Source: an uncultured bacterium (GTDB taxonomy: Bacteria; Hinthialibacterota; Hinthialibacteria; OLB16). From it: a stretch of 35,120 nt of DNA. Positions 15,174-23,561 of this stretch are shown in pieces. Location: positions 1 to 35,120 of the forward strand of contig CAZORO010000003.1 of assembly GCA_964581845.1 (NCBI GenBank). Direction: 5' to 3'. The notes under the pieces were generated by a model. The model was given only the letters and a program-made list of their open reading frames with translations. It did no database searches and was not told where the DNA came from. Positions within the stretch are counted from its first letter, which is position 1. Each line of letters opens with the position of its first letter. A program made the translations under genes and the position numbers.

Positions 15174-16580
15174 TTACTTCCGGGAGTAGTCCAAGTAATT
15201 TCTGTAAAGAGTGATTGTTTCCTCACCCCCAGGCTTTATTCTCGCCCAGGGTGCGTTCATTAGCCCTGTATACTGGTAACAGAGAATCTTCTCGAAGAAA
15301 GGAAATCGGGTCAGGTCATCCATCAGGCTCAATAAAGTGCGTGGAACAAAGGCATTGGCATCTCCAAACTTAAAGACCTCAAGGTCCATCCATAAGTGTG
15401 AACCGGACTCATCACACAATTGCTGTAGGAGCTGATAAGCCTCCTCACCTGAAATGTCTCCTGATGGCATCCGGTTGAAACCAAAGGGACACAAGATATC
15501 CAGGTTGGGGAGCAGTTCCCGGTATGCCTCCTCCGCGCCACGCACTCCATGACAGCTGCTGGCAAGCATGACCGGCTTTTCAGGAGCAAGGCTTGCAGCA
15601 TACGCTTTGAACTCACGGAAGAAAGTGGAGATTTCATCCCACCTCTGAGGTGTTCCTCCCAGATTTCCAAAAATTTCCTCAGGAATATACCAGCCATAAA
15701 ACGAGGAGTGATGGCCATAAAGCTGAAAGAGCTCCTTGGCAACCTGGAGATGCCAATGCAAAGATCCCGCGGAGAAGTCAAAGAAAGCATACATTCCAAC
15801 AGGAACAAAGACCAACATATTGAGCCTGTCCGCCTCGGAGAGGATCACCTCGATGGGATCTCTGGCTTCAATGTTCATTCTTCCCGGGAAGAGTTTCGAG
15901 GGATAGTATGCGCACCCTTGATAGCCCTCTTTTTCGATGGCGTGTTCTCCCCAGTAGGCTTGGTTACGGAAGCTCTCTTCAATGACCACAACGTGTAGCC
16001 TAAGTTCATGCATCCCCTGGATAGCTTCCGTCCAATCATCTTCGGTCATATTGACGATTTGATTATTCCAGGGATGTCCCTCTTCTTCGCTCCAGTGGAA
16101 AAATTCCACCCAAGCTCCATCGATTTTCCTGGGGAAAGGTTGGCTGGAATCAAGTATCTCAACCGGGGTTGTAATAGACACCACCTGATTAGCCGAGGAA
16201 GCAGAGAAACGGACTTTCCATTTTCCTCTACAACCATCCGGAAGCCAGTTGAACTCAATTCCTCTCAGAGTTGATGGCTCAATCTCGACTTCATCCATGA
16301 ATAACAATCTGGAGCTTTCATGATTCTCTAATGCTATGGTTACCCTATATGTCCGCTGTTCAGGGGATGGATTCGAGATAGAACCCCTGATCTGAACATA
16401 GACTTGCTCCCGGATAGGAGAGGGGGGAAGCAGAGCAAGCTTGAGAATCGGATCCGAATAAGCTGTGGACATGGCGGTCAATAAGATCATTGATAATAAG
16501 GTTCTTCTCACCACTACGTGCTCATTCTCCTCTCCTTTTCCAGTATGTCCAAAAGAAACCTTAACTGTCCCAGTCATCAT
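15174..16580 (-). CDS. DUF4434-like (glycoside-hydrolase-like TIM barrel) protein with an N-terminal Ig-like region
   Basis: IDGAWVEFFHWSEEEG..WTEAIQGMHELRLHVVVIEE..AYYPSKLF..DPIEVILSEADRLNMLVFVPVGMY..LFQLYGHHSSFYGWYIPEEI fits the DUF4434 pattern as I recall it. An alternative GTG start at 16514 would give M-VRRTLLSMILLTAMSTAYS|D, a plausible signal peptide. It would also remove the 4-nt overlap with the tam remnant. Confidence 0.65.
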   Translation of the reverse strand: MMTGTVKVSFGHTGKGEENEHVVVRRTLLSMILLTAMSTAYSDPILKLALLPPSPIREQVYVQIRGSISNPSPEQRTYRVTIALENHESSRLLFMDEVEIEPSTLRGIEFNWLPDGCRGKWKVRFSASSANQVVSITTPVEILDSSQPFPRKIDGAWVEFFHWSEEEGHPWNNQIVNMTEDDWTEAIQGMHELRLHVVVIEESFRNQAYWGEHAIEKEGYQGCAYYPSKLFPGRMNIEARDPIEVILSEADRLNMLVFVPVGMYAFFDFSAGSLHWHLQVAKELFQLYGHHSSFYGWYIPEEIFGNLGGTPQRWDEISTFFREFKAYAASLAPEKPVMLASSCHGVRGAEEAYRELLPNLDILCPFGFNRMPSGDISGEEAYQLLQQLCDESGSHLWMDLEVFKFGDANAFVPRTLLSLMDDLTRFPFFEKILCYQYTGLMNAPWARIKPGGEETITLYRNYLDYSRK

Positions 16581-16840
16581 TTATACGCAATCAAAAAGAA
16601 CCTCTTTAAGGGAAATAAGACGCAATTGTCCACGCCAGTCAATTTCGCTTCAGGCCATCGCTGTAAAAGCACCTGGCTGCTGTTACCTGGGCCGCAACCG
16701 ATATCCACTATATTTACAGGTGCCTGAGCCGTCTTGATCCGATTCACCAGATCAATCGATGGCTGTGTTCTCTCATTCCCATACTTGAGATAGTGGCCGG
16801 GATTCCAATCGTTTTGCTTTACCATATTGTTTACATTCAT
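16577..16840 (-). pseudogene. tam: 5' remnant of a trans-aconitate 2-methyltransferase-like (Tam) gene, ~70 of the expected ~250 codons
   Basis: DWNPGHYLKYGNERTQPSIDLVNRI..NIVDIGCGPGNSSQVLLQRWPEAKLTGVDN is co-linear with E. coli Tam ([56 protein letters not shown]). Homology stops right after VDN. The reading frame ends 16 codons later, and no other frame continues the match before the next gene. Confidence 0.6.
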
Positions 16841-17523
16841 TTCATTTGATCCCTTTTTCCTGGCCTCTTGGGCCAGAAGAAAGGAGTGGTCTTCTTATAC
16901 TCCAGATAAGATTCCCCAAACCGGATCTCCAGTTCACGCTCCTCATAAACCTTAAGGAAGAAGAGCCAGGCGGGACTCAGGATGACTAGAATCCAAACCA
17001 AGAACTGCATAGATTGAAAAAGGAGCGCCACGGAACAGAGACAAGAGAGAGTGCTCAGCACCATCGGATTCCTAGTCCAGGCATACATCCAACGATTAGC
17101 GAGCCTTCTGCTCAAGGCGATGGCAAAAGGCGCTCCCAAGCCACTCAGCGCAAGATTTAGGACTGTCAGTAATGTGAAGAACCCGGTTATCAATAGCAGC
17201 ACACTCCCGATCATCCTTGGTACTGGTAGAAACCAACGTGGAGATCGTGAGTATTCGACCAAGGTTTCAATGATGGCCACTCCGAATAGGACCATCAAAA
17301 GGATGTGTAGTATGGAGGTGAGCCATGCGCAACGTTCTTGAGTGGGAGATTTATCAAGCAACTTCCTGAACCAAAGAAGCGTGGGGAAAGTCAAAAGGAC
17401 GGATATCGTGGCAATGACAACCCGGTAAGGATGATCGTTGTGCTCGATTTCCATCCAGACGGCCAGGGTAAACATAAATCCAAGGACTCGTAACGCGGTC
17501 AAACCCGCGCGTGAGCCTCTCAT
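16837..17523 (-). CDS. isoprenylcysteine carboxyl / phospholipid methyltransferase family membrane protein
   Basis: Multi-pass hydrophobic protein. Its C-terminal signature is YAWTRNPMVLSTL...VYEERELEIRFGESYLEYKKTTPFFWP, which fits the family pattern R-[HN]-P-M-Y...EE..L...FG..Y..Y. Its stop overlaps the tam remnant start in ATGA. Confidence 0.75.
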   Translation of the reverse strand: MRGSRAGLTALRVLGFMFTLAVWMEIEHNDHPYRVVIATISVLLTFPTLLWFRKLLDKSPTQERCAWLTSILHILLMVLFGVAIIETLVEYSRSPRWFLPVPRMIGSVLLLITGFFTLLTVLNLALSGLGAPFAIALSRRLANRWMYAWTRNPMVLSTLSCLCSVALLFQSMQFLVWILVILSPAWLFFLKVYEERELEIRFGESYLEYKKTTPFFWPKRPGKRDQMK

Positions 17524-17559
17524 AACCCGCCTCCTACATCAAACAGGGGGTTTACATCC

Positions 17560-18789
17560 TTATTTTCCTAAAACACTCCGGATGAACTGGTCGCCGTGAA
17601 TCTCTCCATAATTCCCTTCACGGCAACTGTCCTCATCGAACTTCATCACTTTGTCAGGAGCGGGTGAGTTCATATCCCAAATGGCGAAGGGAACCGCGCC
17701 ACGCACATGGGTGCGTGTCTCCACCGGTGTCAGGTGATCTGGAAGGACTGCCACCGTAGCAGGGATGCCTTTTTTCTCGATACCCTCGAGGATGATCCTC
17801 ACCAGCCTTTGATCGAGGTCCTCGATGGTCCGGATCTTCAGATCGAGGTCTCCCTCATGCCCAGCTTCATCAGGCGCCTCGACATGGACATAGACAAAGT
17901 CCACCTCCTTGAGAGCCTCCAGACAGGCATTCGCCTTGCCCTCATAGTTGGTGTCGTATAGCCCAGTCGCTCCGGGAACCAGGATATTCTTAAAACCGGC
18001 ATACACTCCGATACCACGTACCAGGTCCACCGCCGAGATAACCGCCCCGGTGACGCCGAAGCGTTCCCCAAACGTCCTCATCGAGGGACGCCGTCCTGGC
18101 GACCAGAGCCAGATTGAGTTGCCAGGGTCTTTTCCCTGCTTACGGCGCGCCAAATTGACAGAATGATCGCGAAAAAGGTCCCATGAACGCCGTGTGAACT
18201 CATTTAATAGATCAGCAGTCACTTTCGCAGGTGAGTCCGCGCCTTGCGAATCCTGCGGACGGATCATCAAGTCCTCAGCACGCTCATTGGGGTGGTCATG
18301 TGGAGGAAAGCATTCCAAACTCGGATCAAGCCCCCTTCCGACAAACAGATGGCGGTAACTTACACCGGTATGGAAGCGGTAACGGGGATCATTGACGGAT
18401 TGATTAAGTGTATCGAGAAGGAGGCCCGATTCCTCACTGGAGATATGTCCGGCGGAGTGGTTCTTGATAAGGCCATCTTGGATGCAAATGACATTGCAAC
18501 GCATCCCAATCTCATCGGGAGCAATGTTCACTCCCATGCTGGCAGCCTCCAAGACACCACGCCCCTCAAAGCACTCATGCGGGTCATATCCCAGCACCAT
18601 CAAATTGGCAATCTCGCTGCCCGTCGGCAGATCTGGTTCAATCGAGTGGAACAGCCCACACCGCCCCTGAGCGGCAATCCGGTCGATGTAGGGCTTGTGC
18701 GCGGCCTGTAAGGGAGTCTTTCCATCAAGCCGCTGGATAGGAAAATCCGCCATTCCATCGCCAAGTATCACAATATACTTATGAGACAT
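17560..18789 (-). CDS. cofactor-independent phosphoglycerate mutase (ApgM) family protein; possible non-orthologous homoserine kinase
   Basis: MSHKYIVILGDGMADFPIQRLDGKTPLQAAHKPYIDRIAAQGRCGL..PTGSEIANLMVLGYDP matches the archaeal-type iPGM N-terminus (ILLIGDGMGD..LGNKTPLE..TPNMD..GSDTAHLSILGYDP). It also carries a metal-binding C-terminal VHVEAPDEAGHEGD. It lies 88 nt downstream of thrC on the same strand. Confidence 0.8.
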   Translation of the reverse strand: MSHKYIVILGDGMADFPIQRLDGKTPLQAAHKPYIDRIAAQGRCGLFHSIEPDLPTGSEIANLMVLGYDPHECFEGRGVLEAASMGVNIAPDEIGMRCNVICIQDGLIKNHSAGHISSEESGLLLDTLNQSVNDPRYRFHTGVSYRHLFVGRGLDPSLECFPPHDHPNERAEDLMIRPQDSQGADSPAKVTADLLNEFTRRSWDLFRDHSVNLARRKQGKDPGNSIWLWSPGRRPSMRTFGERFGVTGAVISAVDLVRGIGVYAGFKNILVPGATGLYDTNYEGKANACLEALKEVDFVYVHVEAPDEAGHEGDLDLKIRTIEDLDQRLVRIILEGIEKKGIPATVAVLPDHLTPVETRTHVRGAVPFAIWDMNSPAPDKVMKFDEDSCREGNYGEIHGDQFIRSVLGK

Positions 18790-18877
18790 GAGCTCGTTCC
18801 TTTGGGGGTATTCTCTTGCGGTTCACTTCAGGACCCCGCAAGCAGGGCTTCATGGTAGACTGCGTCTTTGACTCACA

Positions 18878-20242
18878 CTAGCAGGGGGAATACTTCTCTC
18901 GCAAGTAGTCCCTGAAGATTTCGTAATTGACCTCCATGCAGTCGTATCTCTCCGGAAGTTGATCCAATCCCGCTAAAGCCGATGGCGCCTCAGGCACAAA
19001 TCCCAACCTGCGTTGGCATTCCTCAGGGAACTTAGCTGGATGCGCTGTTTCGAGGCTAACCGCTGGTCCCTTCTCCTGGGGATGTCTTTCAAGAAAGACC
19101 TGGAGTCCTTTCCAACCCACTGCCCCATGAGGCTCCAAGAGGATGTGGTACTGATCCCAAGCCTCACGGATGGTCTCGCCTGTTTCCTCATCGTTGACCG
19201 AGATTGAGAAGAGGTCACGGCGCATAGCCTCAATATCGGGCGGATGGTGGATTGTTCCCTTCTCATCCATGTGGCCATTGTAAAGGGCCACCAGCCGGGC
19301 CAGATTGCTGGGGTGACCCACATTCATAGCGTTGGAGAGGCAGTTCCGGGAGGGTTCAATCCGGTGGTAATCACCCGTCGCCAGGAAGATGGGAAACTCA
19401 TCATTGGCATTGACCGGGATGACCAGGCGGCGGATGGGTAAACCCATGCGCCGCGCTAGAACTGCTCCCATCATATTGCCGAAGTTTCCGGAGGGTACAG
19501 AGAAGATGATCTCCTCTCCGGGAACGGCGGCACGCGAGGCAGCATAGAAATAATAGACCATTTGCGGCAGAAGACGTCCGATATTAATCGAATTGGCCGA
19601 GGAAAGCGGAATCGGCGAGAGAAGCGGGTCGGCGAAAGCTCGTTTCACCAAAGCCTGGCAGTCATCGAATTTTCCATTGACCGCAATCGTATGGATATTG
19701 TCCTCCAAAGTGGTCATCTGTTTCCGTTGACGGCCGCTGACCTCGGTGATGGGAAACAACACCAGGACACGGATACCCGGAACATGGTGAAAGGCACTGG
19801 CAACCGCCGAACCGGTGTCTCCACTTGTGGCGGTCAGAATAGTCAGCTCTCTTCCCGTCTCCTGGATAAACCGTCCCAGTAAACGTGCCATCATCCGGGC
19901 CGCGAAATCCTTGAAAGAGGCGGTAGGGCCACGGTCCAGACGGAGAATATGGTTGCGTGCGTATACCTTTTCTATTGGAACTGGATAGGTGTAAGCATCC
20001 TCGCAAAGTTGTTTCAGAACCGTGTCATCAAGGATGCCAGTGGTAAAACGCGAAAGGACTCGTGTGGCGATCTCTGGGTAGGAGAGCGAGGGGAAAACCA
20101 CGAGTTCATCGGGAGAAAAGGTGGGAATCCTTTCAGGGAGGTACAAGCCACGATCAGGGGCCTGTCCATTGATCAAGGCGGAACGCAGGTCCACCTTGGG
20201 GGCTTTCCCATTGGTACTGTAAAAGAGTAATGAGTTTGTCAT
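18878..20242 (-). CDS. thrC: threonine synthase
   Basis: The PLP-lysine motif GPTASFKDFAARMMARLL matches E. coli ThrC GPTLAFKDFGGRFMAQML. TATSGDTGSAV and SANSINIGRLLPQMVYYF are typical. The likely start is ATG 20242 (MTNSLLFYSTNGK); the track extends to 20320. Confidence 0.9.
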   Translation of the reverse strand: MTNSLLFYSTNGKAPKVDLRSALINGQAPDRGLYLPERIPTFSPDELVVFPSLSYPEIATRVLSRFTTGILDDTVLKQLCEDAYTYPVPIEKVYARNHILRLDRGPTASFKDFAARMMARLLGRFIQETGRELTILTATSGDTGSAVASAFHHVPGIRVLVLFPITEVSGRQRKQMTTLEDNIHTIAVNGKFDDCQALVKRAFADPLLSPIPLSSANSINIGRLLPQMVYYFYAASRAAVPGEEIIFSVPSGNFGNMMGAVLARRMGLPIRRLVIPVNANDEFPIFLATGDYHRIEPSRNCLSNAMNVGHPSNLARLVALYNGHMDEKGTIHHPPDIEAMRRDLFSISVNDEETGETIREAWDQYHILLEPHGAVGWKGLQVFLERHPQEKGPAVSLETAHPAKFPEECQRRLGFVPEAPSALAGLDQLPERYDCMEVNYEIFRDYLREKYSPC

Positions 20243-20428
20243 GTGTGTGGGTTTGTTTTTTGTCTGAGGTTCCCTCTCCTGTCTAGACCTTTGACATGTA
20301 AGTTTTCTCCCATCCAGCACTGGATCGAGTATAATATAATGGGTTGTGGCGGGTAAACCGAGCTCACCCCCCTACCCCCCTCTTCCACAGGAAGAAGGGG
20401 GCAACCGCCCGGAAAAGAGCAAAACGCG

Positions 20429-20605
20429 ATGCAATCTTCATGTGATCGTTGCCGGCTTCGCGCCTATGCGGAACGCAAGCCCAAGTCCATTCTCGGAAGG
20501 CTTTGGCGTTGGCACACCCAATGGTGTCCTGGCTGGAAAGCCTATCAAAAGGAACTGGAACAAGAAAACAGGGGTGTTTCCACTGAGAGAGACCCCCTGG
20601 CTTAG
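20429..20605 (+). CDS. 58-aa Cys-rich small protein (CxxC ... WRWHTQWCPGWKAY), uncharacterised
   Basis: Found by hand, below the 60-aa track cutoff: MQSSCDRCRLRAYAERKPKSILGRLWRWHTQWCPGWKAYQKELEQENRGVSTERDPLA, with stop TAG at 20603..20605. It ends 38 nt upstream of the YbaK-like gene on the same strand. The motif resembles small conserved hypothetical proteins I recall from anaerobes, but I cannot name the family. Confidence 0.5.
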   Translation: MQSSCDRCRLRAYAERKPKSILGRLWRWHTQWCPGWKAYQKELEQENRGVSTERDPLA

Positions 20606-20643
20606 GTTCGGTTCGGCTTTACGCCGAGGAAAGGAGAGCCGTC

Positions 20644-21099
20644 ATGCCCATGCAACAGCTGAAGGAGTTCCTGGACAAAGAGGGAGTCAGGTATGTCACC
20701 ATTCAGCACTCTCGAGCGTATACAGCGCAAGAGGTGGCCGCCTCCGCGCACATCCGTGGAAAAGAGATGGCCAAGACAGTCATCGTGAAGCTGGATGGTA
20801 AAATGGCCATGGTTGTATTACCGGCATCCATGAGGGTCAGCCCCAATGCTCTCAGGGTGGCTTCTGGAGCCACAAATGTCGAATTGGCCAGCGAAGCCGA
20901 ATTCAAGGATTTGTTTCCAAACTGCGAGGCGGGAGCCATGCCTCCCTTCGGACACCTTTTTGGGATGGATGTGTATGTCACCGAATCTTTGACTGCTGAT
21001 GAGGAGATTGCATTCAACGCCGGCAGTCACACTGAGTGCATCCGCCTTGCTTATCAAGACTTTGAACGGCTGGAGAAGCCGAACCTGGTTAAGGCTTGA
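20644..21099 (+). CDS. YbaK/EbsC/ProX-type aminoacyl-tRNA editing (deacylase) domain protein
   Basis: RBS AAGGAGAG lies 7 nt upstream. The ~150-aa size and the blocks AKTVIVKLDGKMAMVVLPASMRVS, AGAMPPFGHLFGMDVYV and IAFNAGSHTECI fit the YbaK-like fold pattern. Confidence 0.75.
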   Translation: MPMQQLKEFLDKEGVRYVTIQHSRAYTAQEVAASAHIRGKEMAKTVIVKLDGKMAMVVLPASMRVSPNALRVASGATNVELASEAEFKDLFPNCEAGAMPPFGHLFGMDVYVTESLTADEEIAFNAGSHTECIRLAYQDFERLEKPNLVKA

Positions 21100-21123
21100 A
21101 CGGAGTTACCCTCACTAGCTTTG

Positions 21124-21159
21124 CCTGGAGGGGGAGTCACCTCCCCCTCCAGGATCTTT
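21124..21159 (+). terminator. perfect 13-bp hairpin downstream of the YbaK-like gene; candidate intrinsic terminator
   Basis: CCTGGAGGGGGAG-tcac-CTCCCCCTCCAGG at 21124..21153, followed by ATCTTT. The T-tract is short. Confidence 0.5.
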
Positions 21160-21485
21160 AGAACAGCTGGTCCAAACCTCAACAACTGGCCCATGCCTCA
21201 CCAGCTGGTCCAGGAGTTGCACTGCTGGACCGGGCCCTTCTTGGAGAGTTGTACTCCCACGCCACGATACTTCGACGTGACCTCGCAGCGGAGTGCAAAT
21301 CGTGGGTGAGCTGAATGTCCCAATACGACGGTGGGGCAAGCCCCACCCTACAGGGGTATTTTCGAAGCAGTCCCCATTTTTTCTTCCGGATAGGGATGAA
21401 AACCTGATTGTTCCTGCTATTGTAGACCTTCATATCAGTACTGTTTTGTTAGTGTCTTCTTACCCACATCAAGCGAGGAGACTTC

Positions 21486-23078
21486 ATGGACGAGAACGCT
21501 GTTGTTTTGGAACAAGCCGCAACAACACTCCGAATGGGAGACATGATCACGCTTATTCTCTACTTCGGAGCCACCCTGGGAATTGGTTTCTGGTGCATGA
21601 GGAAAAACAAGACCACGGATGATTTTTTCGTAGGTGGACGGTCCGTGCCCGGATGGGCCATCGGAGTCTCGATGCTCGGGGCGGCGATCAGCTCGATCAC
21701 CTTTCTGGCATACCCCGGCAATGGATACGCTAAGGACTGGAGTTATCTGGTTCCCGGCCTGATGCTTCCCTTCGCCGCTGTACTGGGGGCCTTTGTGTTT
21801 ATTCCCTTTTACCGCGCGAGCCGTTTTACCAGCGCATATGAGTACCTGGAGGGCCGTTTTGGCCCAGGGGCGCGAATCTATGGAGCCATTCTCTTTACCA
21901 TCCAATCCGCTTGGCGTCTGGGAAGTGTGCTTTACCTCCTGTGTATCCCCATCACAAGCCTGACCGGTCTGGATCCCAATATAGTGATCTGGGCGGTGGG
22001 TATCACTACCACCATCTATTGCGTAGTGGGTGGACTGGAGGCGGTGATCTGGACCGATGTGATGCAGACCTTTGTGTTTCTCATTGGTGGCATTGGTTGT
22101 GTTCTAACCGTCTTCTTATGGCCTGGAGTGGGTCCCGCCTTTGTGTTTGAAACCGCTTTTGCCGATCAAAAGTTCAATATTACCGCCGATACCACCTTTT
22201 CCTTTGCCAAGGAAACTTTCTGGGTGCTGGTTTTGTGGGGATTGGTCTCCAACATTCAAGAACATGTCAGCGATCAGGGCAAGATCCAGCGTTATTGCGC
22301 CGCCGCCAGTGATGGCGAGGCCCGCCGTGCCGTGCTCTTCAATGGGGTCGCCTGTATCCCGGTGTGGTGCCTGTTCATGTTCATTGGAACCTGTCTGTAT
22401 GCATTCTACAAAGTGGTTCCCGACCCAGCCGTGGCGGGCATGAAGGCGGATGAAGTATTCCCCCGTTTCATTCTGACAAGGATGCCCCAAGGGCTTTCCG
22501 GATTAGTGATCGCCGCCATTCTGGCGGCCGCCATGTCCACTCTCAGCTCCGCGATCAGCGCAGCAGCCAGCGTAATCACGGTCGATCTCTATAAACGCCT
22601 AGCTGTCAAGGGACGTGATGACAAGCATTACTTGTATGCGGGGAAGGCATTCAGCCTATTGTGTGGCGCCTCGATGATCATCACGGCGTTATTGATCCAG
22701 AAAGCAGGCCAGAGTTCGTTCTTACCGATGAGCTTTTTCATCACATCGATTGTGGTGGGAGGCCTGGGAGGACTCTTCTGCCTAGGATTGTTTTCCACAC
22801 GCGCCAACTCACAGGGAGCGATGGTGGGGATCGGTTGTGCATTACTGGTCACGGCCTACCTGACCTTGAGCGCGGTGGACAGTAATCCCGACTGGGGGCT
22901 GAATGTGTTACCGGATATCCTGCGTAGCCCCACACACAAGTTCATGATCGGTGTGTTCTGCAACATCGCTGCTTTTGTGGTGGGATATTTCGCGAGTTTC
23001 TGCTTCGCGCCACCCTCCAACCAGCAGATCGACCGGGCAACCTGGTGGACCCGCCGGAAGGAACAAACGGAGGGATAA
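21486..23078 (+). CDS. sodium:solute symporter family (SSF/SLC5-like) transporter
   Basis: RBS GAGGAG. A 530-aa polytopic protein carrying the N-terminal SSF signature DDFFVGGRSVPGWAIGVSMLGAAISSITFLAYPG and a later SGLVIAAILAAAMSTLSSAI. Confidence 0.9.
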   Translation: MDENAVVLEQAATTLRMGDMITLILYFGATLGIGFWCMRKNKTTDDFFVGGRSVPGWAIGVSMLGAAISSITFLAYPGNGYAKDWSYLVPGLMLPFAAVLGAFVFIPFYRASRFTSAYEYLEGRFGPGARIYGAILFTIQSAWRLGSVLYLLCIPITSLTGLDPNIVIWAVGITTTIYCVVGGLEAVIWTDVMQTFVFLIGGIGCVLTVFLWPGVGPAFVFETAFADQKFNITADTTFSFAKETFWVLVLWGLVSNIQEHVSDQGKIQRYCAAASDGEARRAVLFNGVACIPVWCLFMFIGTCLYAFYKVVPDPAVAGMKADEVFPRFILTRMPQGLSGLVIAAILAAAMSTLSSAISAAASVITVDLYKRLAVKGRDDKHYLYAGKAFSLLCGASMIITALLIQKAGQSSFLPMSFFITSIVVGGLGGLFCLGLFSTRANSQGAMVGIGCALLVTAYLTLSAVDSNPDWGLNVLPDILRSPTHKFMIGVFCNIAAFVVGYFASFCFAPPSNQQIDRATWWTRRKEQTEG

Positions 23079-23561
23079 AACCTGGGTTCCCAAACTCATT
23101 TCCCGAAGGGGATAAGGAGAGGATTCATAAGACCTTCAGCTCATTTCGATTTCCCTCTGCTCATTCTTTGCCTGGCCGCTTTCTCCTGCCAGGCCCAAGA
23201 CTCAACGCCGACACCATTCCCATTCTGGGCGGCCTCAATGGTGACGGCACGGTTGATGCCAAAGATCACTTACTGCCCCTCAACAATTGGCACAAGAGAG
23301 CGCAACCGGCCACCAGCGAAATCGAAATCATCGCAATCATGTTTACCCATCTCGAGAGTGGCGCGCGGCCATGGCGCCTGACGCGGATTCCGTCTGGGGA
23401 TTTTCCTGATGGGTAACTGGGGGACTGAACGGAAGCGAAGGATGGCTTTGCGCGCGGGAGGTTGATGGAGTCGTTAATGGCATACCAATCTGATTGTGCA
23501 GCATGAAAAACAAAGGTCTGAAAAAAAAGTACCATCCAACACCCGTAGAGGAGAGCGGCCA

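Noticed and set aside
16560-16640. Mobile-element insertion at the tam truncation point
   Set aside because: I could see no transposase, integrase, inverted repeats or target-site duplication at the junction. Only a breakpoint can be claimed.
20346-20801. 151-aa track ORF spanning the small-ORF region and the start of the YbaK-like gene
   Set aside because: It overlaps the well-supported YbaK-like gene out of frame and has Pro/Gly/Arg-rich low-complexity composition. The hand-found 58-aa frame is more plausible.
21435-21905. 156-aa minus-strand ORF overlapping the SSF transporter start
   Set aside because: It is antisense to a gene with a strong family signature and RBS, and its composition is not protein-like.
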